64,000 nt of DNA from positions 6,147,366-6,211,365 of the forward strand of contig MU056050.1 of assembly GCA_013239625.1 (NCBI GenBank), given 5' to 3'. How positions within the stretch are numbered: position 1 is the stretch's first letter; every line of letters starts with the position of its first letter. A program made the translations under genes and the position numbers. Of the stretch, positions 11,041 through 23,390 are shown piece after piece. This DNA is from Lama guanicoe (taxonomy: Eukaryota). The notes beneath the pieces are model-generated. The model was not told the DNA's origin. It did no database searches and saw nothing but the letters and a program-made list of their open reading frames with translations.

Positions 11041-13345
11041 GGGCATTACATAATGATAAAGGGATGAATCCAACAAGAAGATATGACATTTGTAAATATA
11101 TATACACCCAACATAGGAGCACCTAAATCCATAAAGCAAACACTAACAGACACAAGTGGAGAAATTGTCAGTAACACAATAATAGTAGGGGACTTTAACA
11201 CCTTACTTACCTCAATGGATAGATCATCCAGACAGAAAATCAATAAGGAAACATTGATATTAAATGACACATAAGACCAGAAGAACTTAATCTAGATATA
11301 CACAGGACGTTCAATGCAAAAGCAGCAGAATTTACATTTCTTTCAAGTGTACATGGAACATTCTCTAGGATAGATCACATGTTAGGCCATAAAACCAGTA
11401 TCAATAAATATAAAGAAGATTGAAATCATATCAAGCATCTTTTCTGACCACAATGGTATGAGACTAGAAATCTATTACAAGGGAAAAAGTGAAAGAAAAA
11501 AAAACCCCAAAAACATGTGGAGTCTAAACAACATACTACTACACAACCTAGGTGTCAAGAAAGAAATCAAAGAGGAAATAAAAAAACACCCTGAGACAAA
11601 AGAAAATGGAAACACAATGTTCCAAAATCTATGAGACAGAGCAAAGACAATTCTAAGAGGGAAGTTTATGGCAATTCATGACTACCTCATGAAACAAGAA
11701 AAATCTCAAATAAATAATCTAACATGACATCTAAAGGAACTAGAAAAAGAAGAACAAACAAAGCTCAAAGTTAGTAAAAGGAAAGAAATAATAAAAATCA
11801 GAGTAGAAATAAATGAAATAGAGACTTAAAAATAGAAAAGATCAATAGAACTAAGAGCTGATTCTTTAAAAAGATAAAATTGATAAACCTTTAGCCAGAC
11901 TCATCAAGAAAAAGAGAGGGTTCAAATAAGTAAAATCAGAAATGAAAGAGAGTAAGTGAAAACCAACACAAAAGAAATACAAAATATTATGAGATTACAA
12001 CAAAAAATATGCAAACAAATTGGACAACCTAGAAGAAATGGATAAGTTCCTATAAACATATAATCTTTCAGGACTGAATCAGGAAGAAATATAAAGTCTG
12101 AACAGACACATTACTAGTAGCAATTTGAATCAGTAATCAAAAAACTCCCAACAAACAAAAGTCCAGGAATGGATGGCTTCACAGGGTAATTCTACCAAAC
12201 ATTTAAAGAGTTAATACCTATCCTTCTCAAACTATTCCAAAGAATTGAAGAGGAAAGAATACTTCCAATCTCATTCTATGAAGTCAGCATCACATCAATA
12301 TCGAAACCAGACAAAGATACCATACAAAAAAGAAAAATATAGGCCAATATCCCAGATGAAAATAGGTGCAAAAATCCTCAACAAAATATTAGCAAAGAGA
12401 ATTCAATAATACAGTAAAAGGATCATAAAACATGATCAATTGGGATTCATCCCAGGGGTGCAAGGATGGTTCAATATCTGCAAATTAATCAACATGATAC
12501 ACCACATCAAATCATATAATCATCTCAATGGATGCAGAAAAAGCTTTGACAAAGTTCAACATCCATTTATAATAAAAACTCTCAACAAAGTGGGTATGGA
12601 GTGAATATGCCGCAATATAATAAAGGACATAAATGAAAAACCCACAGCTAATACATTCAAAGGTGAAAAGCTGAAAATACTTCCTTAGATATCAGGAAGA
12701 AGACAAGAATGCCCACTCTCACCATTTTGAGTCAACATAGTACTTAAAGTCCTAGCCACAGCAATCAGATCAGACAAGAAAAAGAAATAAAATGCACCCA
12801 AATTTGAAAAGGAGAAGTAAAATTGTCACTGTTTGCAGATGACATGGTACTATATATACAAAATCCTAAAGACACTACCAAGAAAACAAAAACAAACAAA
12901 CAAACAAAAAAACAAGAGCTCATAAATGAATTCAATAAAGTTACAGGATACAAAATAAATATACAGAAATCTGTTGCATTTCTATACACTAACAACGAAT
13001 TATTAGAAAGAGATATTAAGAAAATCCATTCACAATCACATTAAAATGAATAAATAATATCTGGGAATAATTCTAACTAAGGAGGTAAAAGAACTGTACT
13101 CTGAAAACTAGAAGACAGTAATAAAAGAATTGAACACAACACAAATAAATGGAAAGATATACCATGCACATGGACTGAAAGAATTAATATTGTTAAAATG
13201 TCCATACTACCCAAAGCAACCTATAGGTACAATGCAATCCCTATCAAAATACCAGTGGCATTTTTCACAGAAGTAGAACAAATAATCCTAAAATTTGTGT
13301 GGAACCACAGAAGACCCTGATTAGCCACAGCCTAATTGAGAAGCA
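11041..13345 (+). mobile_element. Less diverged L1 ORF2 fragment (EN to post-RT), both ends missing
   Basis: Restarts in EN (NIYTPN, IVGDFNT); SLFADDM at 12826-12846; ends abruptly before an L2. Confidence 0.88.
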
Positions 13346-13389
13346 CAACCCAGAACCAAGAAGAATGATAAGCCAACCTCATACACATG

Positions 13390-13785
13390 GTGCTCCAACT
13401 CCACTGGGGTCATCTTTCAGTGCTTTGAACACACTATAATCATTTCTGCCTCAGGACCTCTATCTGCTGTTGCCTGGTTCCTTAATTTTTAGGGCTGAGT
13501 TAAAATCTCACCTCCTCAGAGAAGCCTTACCTCGCCACCCTATGTAAAGTAGTTAGCTTGCCTCTCCCTCACTCTTTTTCCCTTTGTCCTGCTTTTACAT
13601 AGCCTTTATCACTGAAATTGAAATTTCATAGCCTTTATCTGAAATTGACTTGCATGCTTGTTCGTTTACTTCTATCTCATCTCTCCCCCTAGGATTTCAG
13701 GGTTGTGAAGGCAGGGAATCATGTCTGTTTTGTTCACTGCCATGTCCCCAGCATGTAGCAGATGTTCATAAATATCTACTGCATG
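13390..13785 (+). mobile_element. L2 3' region
   Basis: tcacctcctcagagaagcctt...gaaggcagggaatcatgtctgttttgttcactg...aaatat L2 tail motifs. Confidence 0.8.
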
Positions 13786-14129
13786 AGGGAACAAAGAAAC
13801 ATTTAAAACATACTGAAAGGACAAATTATATGAACATAAAATTAAAGGTATATGTGGAACATGGGAATTATTTCTGAATCAGTTAAGGTTAACTAGGGAA
13901 GTCTTCATACAGTAGGTAAACTTCATTAAATGTTTTGAAAATGGGGAGGCATGTGTATTTGCAAAGAATGGGGAGAAGACATTTGAGACTATGGCAATTT
14001 CACAGGCATGCCGATTAAAGATGGAAACATAGCTTAAAAGCATGGTCTCAAATGGGCCACATCTAAGATTCAATTACATCTGGCAGGTAGAGTTACATGA
14101 TGCCTTCTTTACCACTCTCCACTCACAAG

Positions 14130-14833
14130 CCAATTACATCGATTGATGTGTACTGGTACAAAATCTTCTGTATAGAGGACACCAACCATATCTCTTCTAA
14201 GATTTCTATTGAATGGGTGGAGAACCCAGGCAAAGACATGTTTCTGAACAGATTGTAGGGCCCCTGGGAACTAATCCGGCAAGGAGCGTGCCAGGCATAG
14301 TGAGTCAGATTTAGCAAAAGAGGTGAGAATGAGGGGCAGGCAGAGTTTCCAATTATAGGATAGTTGTTGCCTAAATCCATCTCAGCCCAACTACTCTGAC
14401 TGGGCAAATGTGTGCTCTGGGATATAAGGGCTGTGAGTAAAAGTCAAATGAGCTGACAAAAGTTTGTAGCACCTCAGGACCCAAATAACCACGCCATGAG
14501 ATTCCCCTAAGGGAGCATAACGCGGGAAGGAGAAAGCCATGACCCTTCTGACTTTGCCGTTGATTGCTGAGGTCTGATTGCCCTGTGAGGATGGAGAGCA
14601 TGGGGAGCCAGGACAAGCAGCTGGATGCAGCAGGCTGGCAAGGCAGCAGCCGCAGCACTGAGAGTCTGGGGCACGGTATCAGCAGCAGTGGTGGTGGTCT
14701 GGCTAATTCGGAGCTCATGTAAGATAACCCCCAGGGACTCCCATAAATAATTTGGCAGGGCCTTTCTGAGAGTGACGGGCTTAAAATGACTGTGTGAGCA
14801 GACAGGGGCCAGAGCCAGGGTCGGCTGGTTACA
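14130..14833 (+). mobile_element. Possible ancient solo LTR (family unassigned)
   Basis: GC-richer block with tgagtca, TATA-like gatataagg, ataaataa and a ...ggttaca terminus; 5' boundary uncertain. Confidence 0.35.
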
Positions 14834-15354
14834 GCCATAAATCAGACAGGCTAGCACAATGAAACACGATACAAAAACAACCTTCACACTAGAATAACTA
14901 TACCATTATTTACTCTCTGATAATGGCAGTTGTTTTCTTGGTGTCATTAACTGATTTGCTCATATTAAAAACCTAAGAATTAAAATGACAAACTCACATG
15001 GACAAGTCGATTAAAGTCTTCGGTTAGTCAATTTCCTACTCAGTGCATGTTACTGCACTTCTGGATAACCTGCTTCCACTTGGACATAGTGAACACGTTC
15101 TTTATCAGTTCCAGGATAGAAATGACACATTAAAATAGGAGTCTTAGAACCACATACAAATCCAGAGAAAGAAACATTAAAAATGGGATAAATATAGGAG
15201 CCCAACTGGATGTCATAGGAAATGTCAGTCATCTCATTGGCTGGCTTCTTGGAGCTAGGTAAACACTTCCCAAAATGCTTTTTATGTAATTAAAGTCACT
15301 TTTCTACAGAACCATGTTTCCACTTCGGGCCAGCTCTTGAACTAGAATAATGGC

Positions 15355-15570
15355 CAACACATAACACATATTGGGCTTACTATGAGCTAGATATCATTCT
15401 AAATATTTACATGTAAAATGCATCCAATCCTCCCCAAATCCCTATTATATAGCCATTTATTACCCCTATTTTGCAACTGAGCAAAATAAGGCTAAGAAAG
15501 TTTACATAGTTAATGAGTGGCCGAGCTAGTATTCCAACCCAGGAAGTCTGATGTCAGAGATAAAGCTCTT
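15355..15570 (-). mobile_element. MIR SINE
   Basis: cttactatgagctag...catccaatcctcccc...attacccctattttgcaactgag...ccaacccagg. Confidence 0.75.
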
Positions 15571-16169
15571 AATTTTGAATGTGTTCTGTGTGCACCTGAT
15601 GTTTGCATCCTACTTCTGGCTTCCCAGAGTCCTTGAGTGGTACTCAGTCTCAGCCTACCCTTCCAGGCAATCCCCGTACAACATGGAAAATAGGCTAAAC
15701 AAAAATGTGCCTGTTCATGAACTTGTCTGTCCAGCCTGCCCTCTCCATGGGCAAGTACTTATGCTGTTTGATTGGAAACCTATGCTCTTTCACTCCAAGC
15801 AAATATGTGAGCAGCATAATTCTTCCAGTACCAATTTAAGATACTTAATCTGGTTTATAACACAAAACTGTTCTATCCTGCATGTGGACACGACCCCCAT
15901 GACTGGCTGTTAGTAGGACATTCATTTTAAGTTGGTTCTCCAGCATAGAGATGGCTTTTTACCAAGTCATCTGCATTCTCTACTCTGGCCCAGGGCTCAG
16001 TCCCACAAGGAAATTGGCCATAAAGGATAAATAAATCTTGAAGACAAATTTTAACCAATTTATCAAAACTTTCAAAGCTGTTTCTTCTATTTCCCATGCT
16101 TACATCATTGTATATCACACACCTGATGATCTAACTATTTTTCATTTCCTGTTTTTGTACAGATAAACC

Positions 16170-16365
16170 TAACTTAGAATCCCAGCTTTGCCATTTCCTA
16201 GCTCCATGTTTAATCCTGGGTAATTTACTTAACTTTTCTGTGACTTAGTTTTCTCACTCTAGAATGGGTACACAGATGTCTCTTTACAAGGGTTTAGTGA
16301 GAAAAAAATGAGCATACATGTGAAAACATTTGGCAAAAAGAATACAAAATAATATATTATCATTT
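16170..16365 (+). mobile_element. MIR SINE
   Basis: aatcccagctttgccatttcctagc...ttacttaacttttctgtgacttagttttctca. Confidence 0.75.
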
Positions 16366-18163
16366 TGTTATAAATTGTGTAAATTCTCAGAAGGACAAAG
16401 AGTTTAAATCAAAAGTGACAATAAAATAATCTTGTAAATCCAAGCAGATAGGGTTTTTGATGGATTATAGTTTCCAGTTGTCTATCTATGACCCCTCACT
16501 GCTCAGTATTAATGATCTGGAAGAGCCTGTCATTTTCTTGACATTCAAAAAAGACCAGAGCTCAACCAGTCTGCAAGCCGTCTCCAGTAACTACACAGGC
16601 AATTTCAATCCTCATAAATTCAGTTCCAAGTATCCACCATTTTAACCAATGTCTACACTAAGCACTCAGGTTTTTTTAAGGACAGTGTATAAGCTCAGTT
16701 ATTGGTCCAAATTTCCAGAGAGTGGGTTCAAATGCCAATTGAAATAGAGTATAGGGAATCATTAATGGGCCATTTAGTTGCTCCAAAATGCTTCAAAGCA
16801 CATTATTAGTCTTTCTCTCACCCTCAGGCATTCTGGAATACCAGAGTCCAGACCAGCATAAAGAAGTATGCTTCTGAAAAAAGGGAAATTCATAATGAGA
16901 AATTACAGAAGGAAACTGAATCCATCAGACAAATTTTCAGCAAGAAATGAACATATGCTGCATTCGCCAAAAAGGATAAAGCAACCCATTCCCTCAAATA
17001 TCCATATTTTAAATTAAACCTTTATTAAATATTGAGATCAGTTGAGTTCCCATCAGTATTACACATGTCCTGCAATATCGTAACATACATATTTCATTAA
17101 CTATATATCCACAGCTTTCTAATAACATTTCCATTTGGACTTCCTGTCACTGACGCTTATATTAGCAGATAGGCACTTGGAGTCCATGAGGAAGGGAAGG
17201 AAAAACACAATAGCCAAAATATGCTTTCATTCTCACTGTCAGCAGGAACTGTAGCTTGAGACACATAATTGAAAAGCAATACTGGCCTGAAATACTGCAT
17301 TAGGCAAGAAAAAAAGACAGTGGCAGATTCGGAACAGAAAAAAGAAAGCATAATATATTGTTTATCACAGCTAATTACAGGTTTTCAATATTTTTTAATC
17401 CATTAGTTATCATTTCACCAAATTTCTGGTCTTCATTTACATGAAGAAAAGAACTCTGACACTTGCTTCTGCAAAATACTCATTATCTGGTAGAATTTTG
17501 AAAGCTAGAGCGCAGACCCAGTAAGAGGCGCAGACAAGCGGCCATCAAGTTACAAACCAATGACTCACAGAGTTCTCTTATTTACTTGCTTAATTTCTGA
17601 CACTTGCCTTTCAAGCCATCTCTTCGATTTGAATGGATGCTGCATTCACTTAACCTTCACCTTTATTTTTTTCTCAACCATTTTTCAGGTCATGCTTGTC
17701 TTAACTTGACCAAGTAGAGCAGAGCAGGGTCATCGTGAAATGTCAGAGCCAGAATAGATTCTCAAAAGCAAAACCAAGGATAGGATGGGATTTTTTTGCC
17801 TGGAGAACACGGGCAGGCTGCCACAATCTGGTCTTTGAGCCAAAGAGAATTGGGAGCAGAGTTAGGATCAAATATAGGGTCATCCCAGCAGGGGATGACA
17901 GATCCAAGTGAATGAACGTGAGAGTCACCATCTACAGGCAAAACAGGCCAAAGCTATAAAAGGCCTGACAAGTAGGATGGATACAGACAAATCCTATGGA
18001 CAGCATTTCCTTGTTATCAGGCACCTTTTGAAGGCACAGTTCACCAATCTTTTAGATATGCCTTCATCAGTATGAAGAGCACAGATCTACACACATTAAA
18101 CTCCTCCCATGATGCTCAGCACACAATAAGTGCTTGGAAATTGTATAAATAGTGTGTTAAATA

Positions 18164-18473
18164 CAAGTCCATGATCCTTTATATGCAATTCCAAAATACA
18201 AAGGACTCTTGGAAAGATACCGATAGCTTCTTTGGTGTTAAAATCTGACAGGAACAATTGCGAGGTTATTTATAGTCTATATTCTTCATAGAGTGAATAT
18301 TTATACATTTTGCTGCAGAAATATTACTATTTGATCATAAAGCACTGCCCCACATTTCGCTGAGGATATCATAAAATCTTTGATACACACACTGAATTAC
18401 TTACTAAAATCTGAAAAATTCTGAATTTTGAAACACAACTGGTCTCAGGAATCAGATAAGGGATGTGGACCTG
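18164..18473. mobile_element. TcMar-Tigger non-autonomous DNA transposon (MamRep434-like)
   Basis: TIRs TA|caagtccatgatcctttat ... ataagggatgtggacctg|TA with TA target duplication. Confidence 0.75.
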
Positions 18474-18924
18474 TACTGAAAGCAGTTGTCTGAGTATTGG
18501 AATCATATACTTTATTTTTGTATAGTTCCCTGTATTTTCAGCACTTCCTACAGTACATATATTATTTTTATAATTATAAAAATATCTTAATAAAACACCT
18601 ATTCATCACAGATATTGTAGGACATCTATCTACCCAAATTCTTTTAATAGCTAATCCATTATGTACACTTGAAAAAAAAAAGCATAATTCTCTAAACATT
18701 ATACTATCCATTGGGCTTTTCAGCAATACAAACTTTCTTCCACTTTAATTATTCTCAATGAGGAGTCCAAATGAGAGGTATTGCATCTAAATTTTTCTCT
18801 CCTAACTACTCACTTCCCTTAAGGAATAACTTGAAGCCAGCATGCTTGTTTTAGAGGGAATTCATGTATCGGGCAACAATGTCTTTCAAACTTTTCTGCG
18901 GAAGAAGATGAACAGGTACTTCAA

Positions 18925-19035
18925 GGGACCTGAGGGCATGAAGCCTGTCTGCTCTGTTCTCCACTGTAACCTAGGTGCCCAACTCAGGCCCTGGCAGGAG
19001 CAAGCAAATGAGTGAAAAGTGAATAAGCGAATAAG
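18925..19035 (+). mobile_element. L2 3' tail
   Basis: tgagggcatgaagcctgtctgctctgttctccactgtaacc. Confidence 0.5.
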
Positions 19036-19916
19036 TAATTTTCTTTATAGACCATTGACTAAAAGTAATCCTGCTTGCAATAGTTTAAGGATCAAAGAAA
19101 CTCCTCATGGGTACACACAGCTTATTTCCATGTTTCTCTGGAAGTTAATCAGTGATTCCTATAGAACCAGGAACTTTCTCAGTGGTTAACCTAGCATTTC
19201 CCAAATGGCCTAGGCATTTTTGAGCAGAAGTGATGGGAAAGGGAATACCAGCAGTTTGAGATTTTGTATACTTATCCCTGCAGCCAAATCAAGCTTCATG
19301 AATTAGAAACCTAGAGTAGGAACCAGGAGCTGGGCGTGGCTTGCCTGGGAAGTGTGTCTAGGTGTGTATGTCAACCTTGGATTTTTTTAAAACTCTGAAT
19401 ATTGGCTTGAATTCGAAGACTTGAGGCCTGGAGGAAACAGGCATAAACTGAAAGCAATGTCTCCATGCCAATAAAAAATCAGATCTCAGACTGACACGAT
19501 TTCTTCCTTGCATTATCTCTGAAATGCTAGTAGGTCTGTTGAAAAATAGAGTGGGCTAGGTCAATTAGATTACTGACAAGACTGGATTACTAAGGCAACA
19601 TGCAAGTAGGCTTAAAGAGAAGCTTCTTCTATTTCAAGGAAGGGAAAGCTTGCTTCTGCCCATTCTTTTTCAACTACTGTGGAAGAGGAATCAGATGCAT
19701 CTCATGGGCCATATGCTCAGCAAAGAAAAGTCTTTCACGGAACCCTGACAGTAGACTGGAGCCCTGGACAATGCTCTTGGCAACACAATATTCCATGCTC
19801 TTGACAGCATAATACTCTTCTACTTGGAAGCACTGATCTTCACATCCAGGGTCAAGTTTGTAACTAGGCAGAGCTACTACTGTGAGGTAAGGAGGTCTGG
19901 GAAAGACCCTCCTGCC

Positions 19917-19990
19917 CATTCATTCATTCAGTCGTTCAAAGAATTTACTGAGGGGCTACCATTTCCCAGGCTCTCACCTGGAAGATACAA
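19917..19990 (-). mobile_element. L2 3' tail
   Basis: cattcattcattcag...atttactgag. Confidence 0.45.
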
Positions 19991-22375
19991 AACTGAATGT
20001 AGTGAGAGAAGAGCACAGAAAATTATTACTCACCTGTTAGGATTTGATCTCAGAATATAAGAGGAAGGAACTAAAATGTCCCACCCTACCCCTGCCCTGA
20101 AGCTCACCTCCAGCTAACAGATGCCTCAGTGTCCAACGGTAATACTTCATCTCATTACCTAAAGGTCAGCTTCCCTGCTACAGTGGCCCTTTGGGTTACA
20201 TCAGTCATTTCCCCATAATGTTGCAGAAGTTTTTCATCCTCTTCTAGAGCAGGATTTCACAGGGATGGGGCAGAAGGAAGCTGAAGGGGTCTGGGAACCT
20301 GTAAGGGAGGGTAGGGGAGAAGGAAATGGAGGAAAGGCTGGCCCACCAAGAGAAAACAAAAAGAATGAAGGCAGCAGGTGGGAGTGAAGAACACCAAGAA
20401 CAAACTGCTAGTGTTAACAATTTTGCCCAAGAGTAACTTTGCAACTCATCCCAGAGCCAGGAAATGAGTTGGGGCAGTGGGGCACCAAAGGGTACATATG
20501 GAAGAGAGGAGACAGACAGGTAGGTGGTGGATACTGCAAGGCAAATTCATCTGTTCAAGACCACGTGATTCGCACTTAACTTCAGGGTAACTGTAACTCA
20601 GACCATTGAGAATTAAGTCTTTCCTCCCTTTCCCGCTCCCTTATACTCCTGATAGGTTCGCAGACCCACCGAGAGCTCTTATAGTCTGAAGACCACTTGG
20701 GACTGTGTCATTATAAAGCAAGAGGCACATGGGATACGGTTCTTGCCCTTTCATGACATCAAAGCCACAAATAACATCTATGCATAAAGGCTTCCTTCAC
20801 AGAATTAGGGTAAGACATAAAGTGTCACTTCCAGTCATAAATTTATGCAATTATAGAAGAGATTTATGCACATTTGGTACTTGACGTTGGTGGATCAAAC
20901 TCTCAATCTCTCTCTCACACACACACCTCACACATTCTCCACTGTCATTCTCAAAAAATATACCTAAAAATACCAACATGTCCCTGTCCAAACTACATCT
21001 TCAAGATTCTTGTATCCTAAAGCATCCAAAACATACTTTGACAAATAATTAGAAAATATCTCCACCAAAGGCCAATTATTTTTAAATCAAAAAAGAGTCT
21101 GCATCTCAGCTTTAGTCTGCACCCGGACTCTGGGCACAAACTCAGCATCTAATCTTAATTAGCCATCTTACAAATGTGCGATGAAACTTGTAAGGGAATA
21201 TCAGTGTGGGAGTGGGAGTGACATTGAACAAACACATCCCTGAGGATGGAAATGCTCCAGAAAGCTCCTCTTCTTCCCAGAAGGTCTTTTTCACAAAACA
21301 GGCAGCACATTTTGCTTTCTTTGGTGAAAGAAGCTGACAGACCAGTTCCAGAGCATGCCAGTGACTTCAGTGAGGGCTTCCCCGGCAGAAGACTCAGCAC
21401 CCACGTTTCCATGCCCCTCAGCCCCAGCAAGAGGGCTGAAGGCAAAATCTAACAGGTTCAATCAGTTTCAGCCTCCCAGAGGCAGAAAAATACCCAGCTA
21501 GATTTGCCTTCGTGAGATAGCACCTTTAAAAATGCTTTGGATGTCTTTATTTTTTTTTTTACAAGATCCCTCTGTTTGCTTGTGATCTGTTCCCTGCAAT
21601 GTAACACATGCATAAAACAGTGCAACTGTGTTTGTTTTAATAAGGCCATTCTGAGCAGCTGTTTAATGATCCATGGTGTTAAATGAAAACCACAGGTGTT
21701 CCAAATGCAAACCTTATGGCCCAGGGCCCCCCTTATTACCGCCCCACAATTAGCAGCCAACTGCTCTTAGGCTGCGCGAAGAATTGCCGCCATCATCATT
21801 ACATTATTTCTTAATTTCATTCTCTGCCTAAGTGTCTTTCCCCAAAGGAAAAACCTGCTTGGCATGGGAAAGCATAACAGCGACAAAACTCAAAGGGACG
21901 AGAACACAAAGCACTCCCTAGCCAAGCACAGGCCTCAGGTCAGGGGGAGAGAGCCCGCCCAAAGAGGCCCTTGAGGCCTCTTCCTGGGTGGCTTGATGGC
22001 CAAACTGAGCAAAGTCTTGCTGAAACTCCTGGTTTTCATGAGGAGCGCCCTAACTCTGTCTTCTTCATGATTCTCCAAGCTTTACGACTCTGCTCAGCCG
22101 AATTATCAGAAAGCTACATGACTGGACCCTGTCACCCTGGCTTCTGCTTTTACACAACTGTAATTTTGACCTCACGACTTCAGCTTTCACTGAGGGGACA
22201 TATAAGAAGCAGCAAAGGAGGAAGACTTCGGTATCTCGTGTGAAATTGCTCTCTCTAGCATCATTCATTACACAGCTCAATACCCCTTACATAAAGATGC
22301 CCGAGACCACTTTAATTAGAGCTCAGGAACAAGTTTATCCTTTCATATCAGTGGGTGCTCTTTCTTCTACACAAC

Positions 22376-22585
22376 TAGTAGTTCTCAATTCTGACTGCAC
22401 ATTAGAATCATCTAACAGTAAACACTTTTACCCACCAGCTCCATCCTAGCCCAGTTAAATTCGTAGTTCTGGGAGCAGGTGCTGGGCAGGGGCGTGGAGT
22501 TGTGCAGCTCTGGGGGGGTCACCATTCACAATGTGCTTGGCCAAGCTCCAGGATTACACTCTGCTGCCAAGATTGAGAACCACTG
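22376..22585. mobile_element. MER5-type hAT-Charlie MITE
   Basis: TIRs tagtagttctcaa ... ttgagaaccactg; ctgcacattagaatca internal motif. Confidence 0.7.
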
Positions 22586-22869
22586 CCCCAGAAAATGAGA
22601 GTGTTATAACTCACTGCTTTTGCCTCTTCATTTTGGTTACTAAGAAGCTCAAAACTGTATTGAGTTGCAGCTTTCCTCTGCCAGAATTTTTCAATATAAT
22701 TTTCCCTCTAGATCCCCTTGCATTAATGTCAGCTACCAAATACTCTTTTTGTAGATAAAGTTAAAAAAAAATAAAACACACACACACACAAGTAAATAAA
22801 TAAAAGATCTGGGGAGACAGAAGTAGATCAATGTATGGCTCTCTAACAATCACCTCAAACTTAAGATGG

Positions 22870-23390
22870 TCAAAAATGGAATCCCATCACATTTGGAATC
22901 AAATATAAATACTTTGTTCAAAAGTCCCTTCATCGTCGGGTCCCTGCCTACCTCACACTCTTCTTCACAAATCCCTTCCAGCCACATTGATCTTCAAACT
23001 TACCTTCCCCTCACCCCCCAGGTCCTTTTCACCGGCTATCTCCTCTACCTGGAATGTTCTTCCACTTGGTCTTTGCAGCCTGGCTCTTTTTTGTCATTCA
23101 AAACTAAGTTTAAGTGTCACCTCCTCCGAGTAACCTTCCCTGACAACATAATCTAAGGTTGCTCCCCCCAGTCACTCGCTATCATAAAACCCTATTTTAA
23201 TTACCTACATACCATGTGGCATGATGAGAGATTATCTATATAATTTTTTACATATTATATGGCTCCTTTACTCAAGGTTAAGCTATTTGAGGGCAGAGGC
23301 CTTGTCTGTTTCACTCGCTGTTGTACCTACAGCATGTAAAACAGCTCCGGGAAAAGAGCAGGTGCTCAATGAATACTTGTTGAATGACTC
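22870..23390 (+). mobile_element. L2 3' region
   Basis: ctacctggaatgttcttcc...tgtcacctcctccgag...ttccctgac...ggtgctcaatgaatacttgttgaatga. Confidence 0.82.

Noticed and set aside
13598..13648. ~23-bp direct duplication catagcctttatc(ac)tgaaattga
   Set aside because: Ordinary slippage duplication inside an L2 relic.
15050..16118. Short ORFs at 15050-15232, 15551-15913 and 15927-16118
   Set aside because: No splice support or recognisable homology; lengths expected by chance.
17660..17720. Strong + strand acceptor ttttttctcaaccatttttcag
   Set aside because: All frames stop within about 30 nt and no matching donor is evident.
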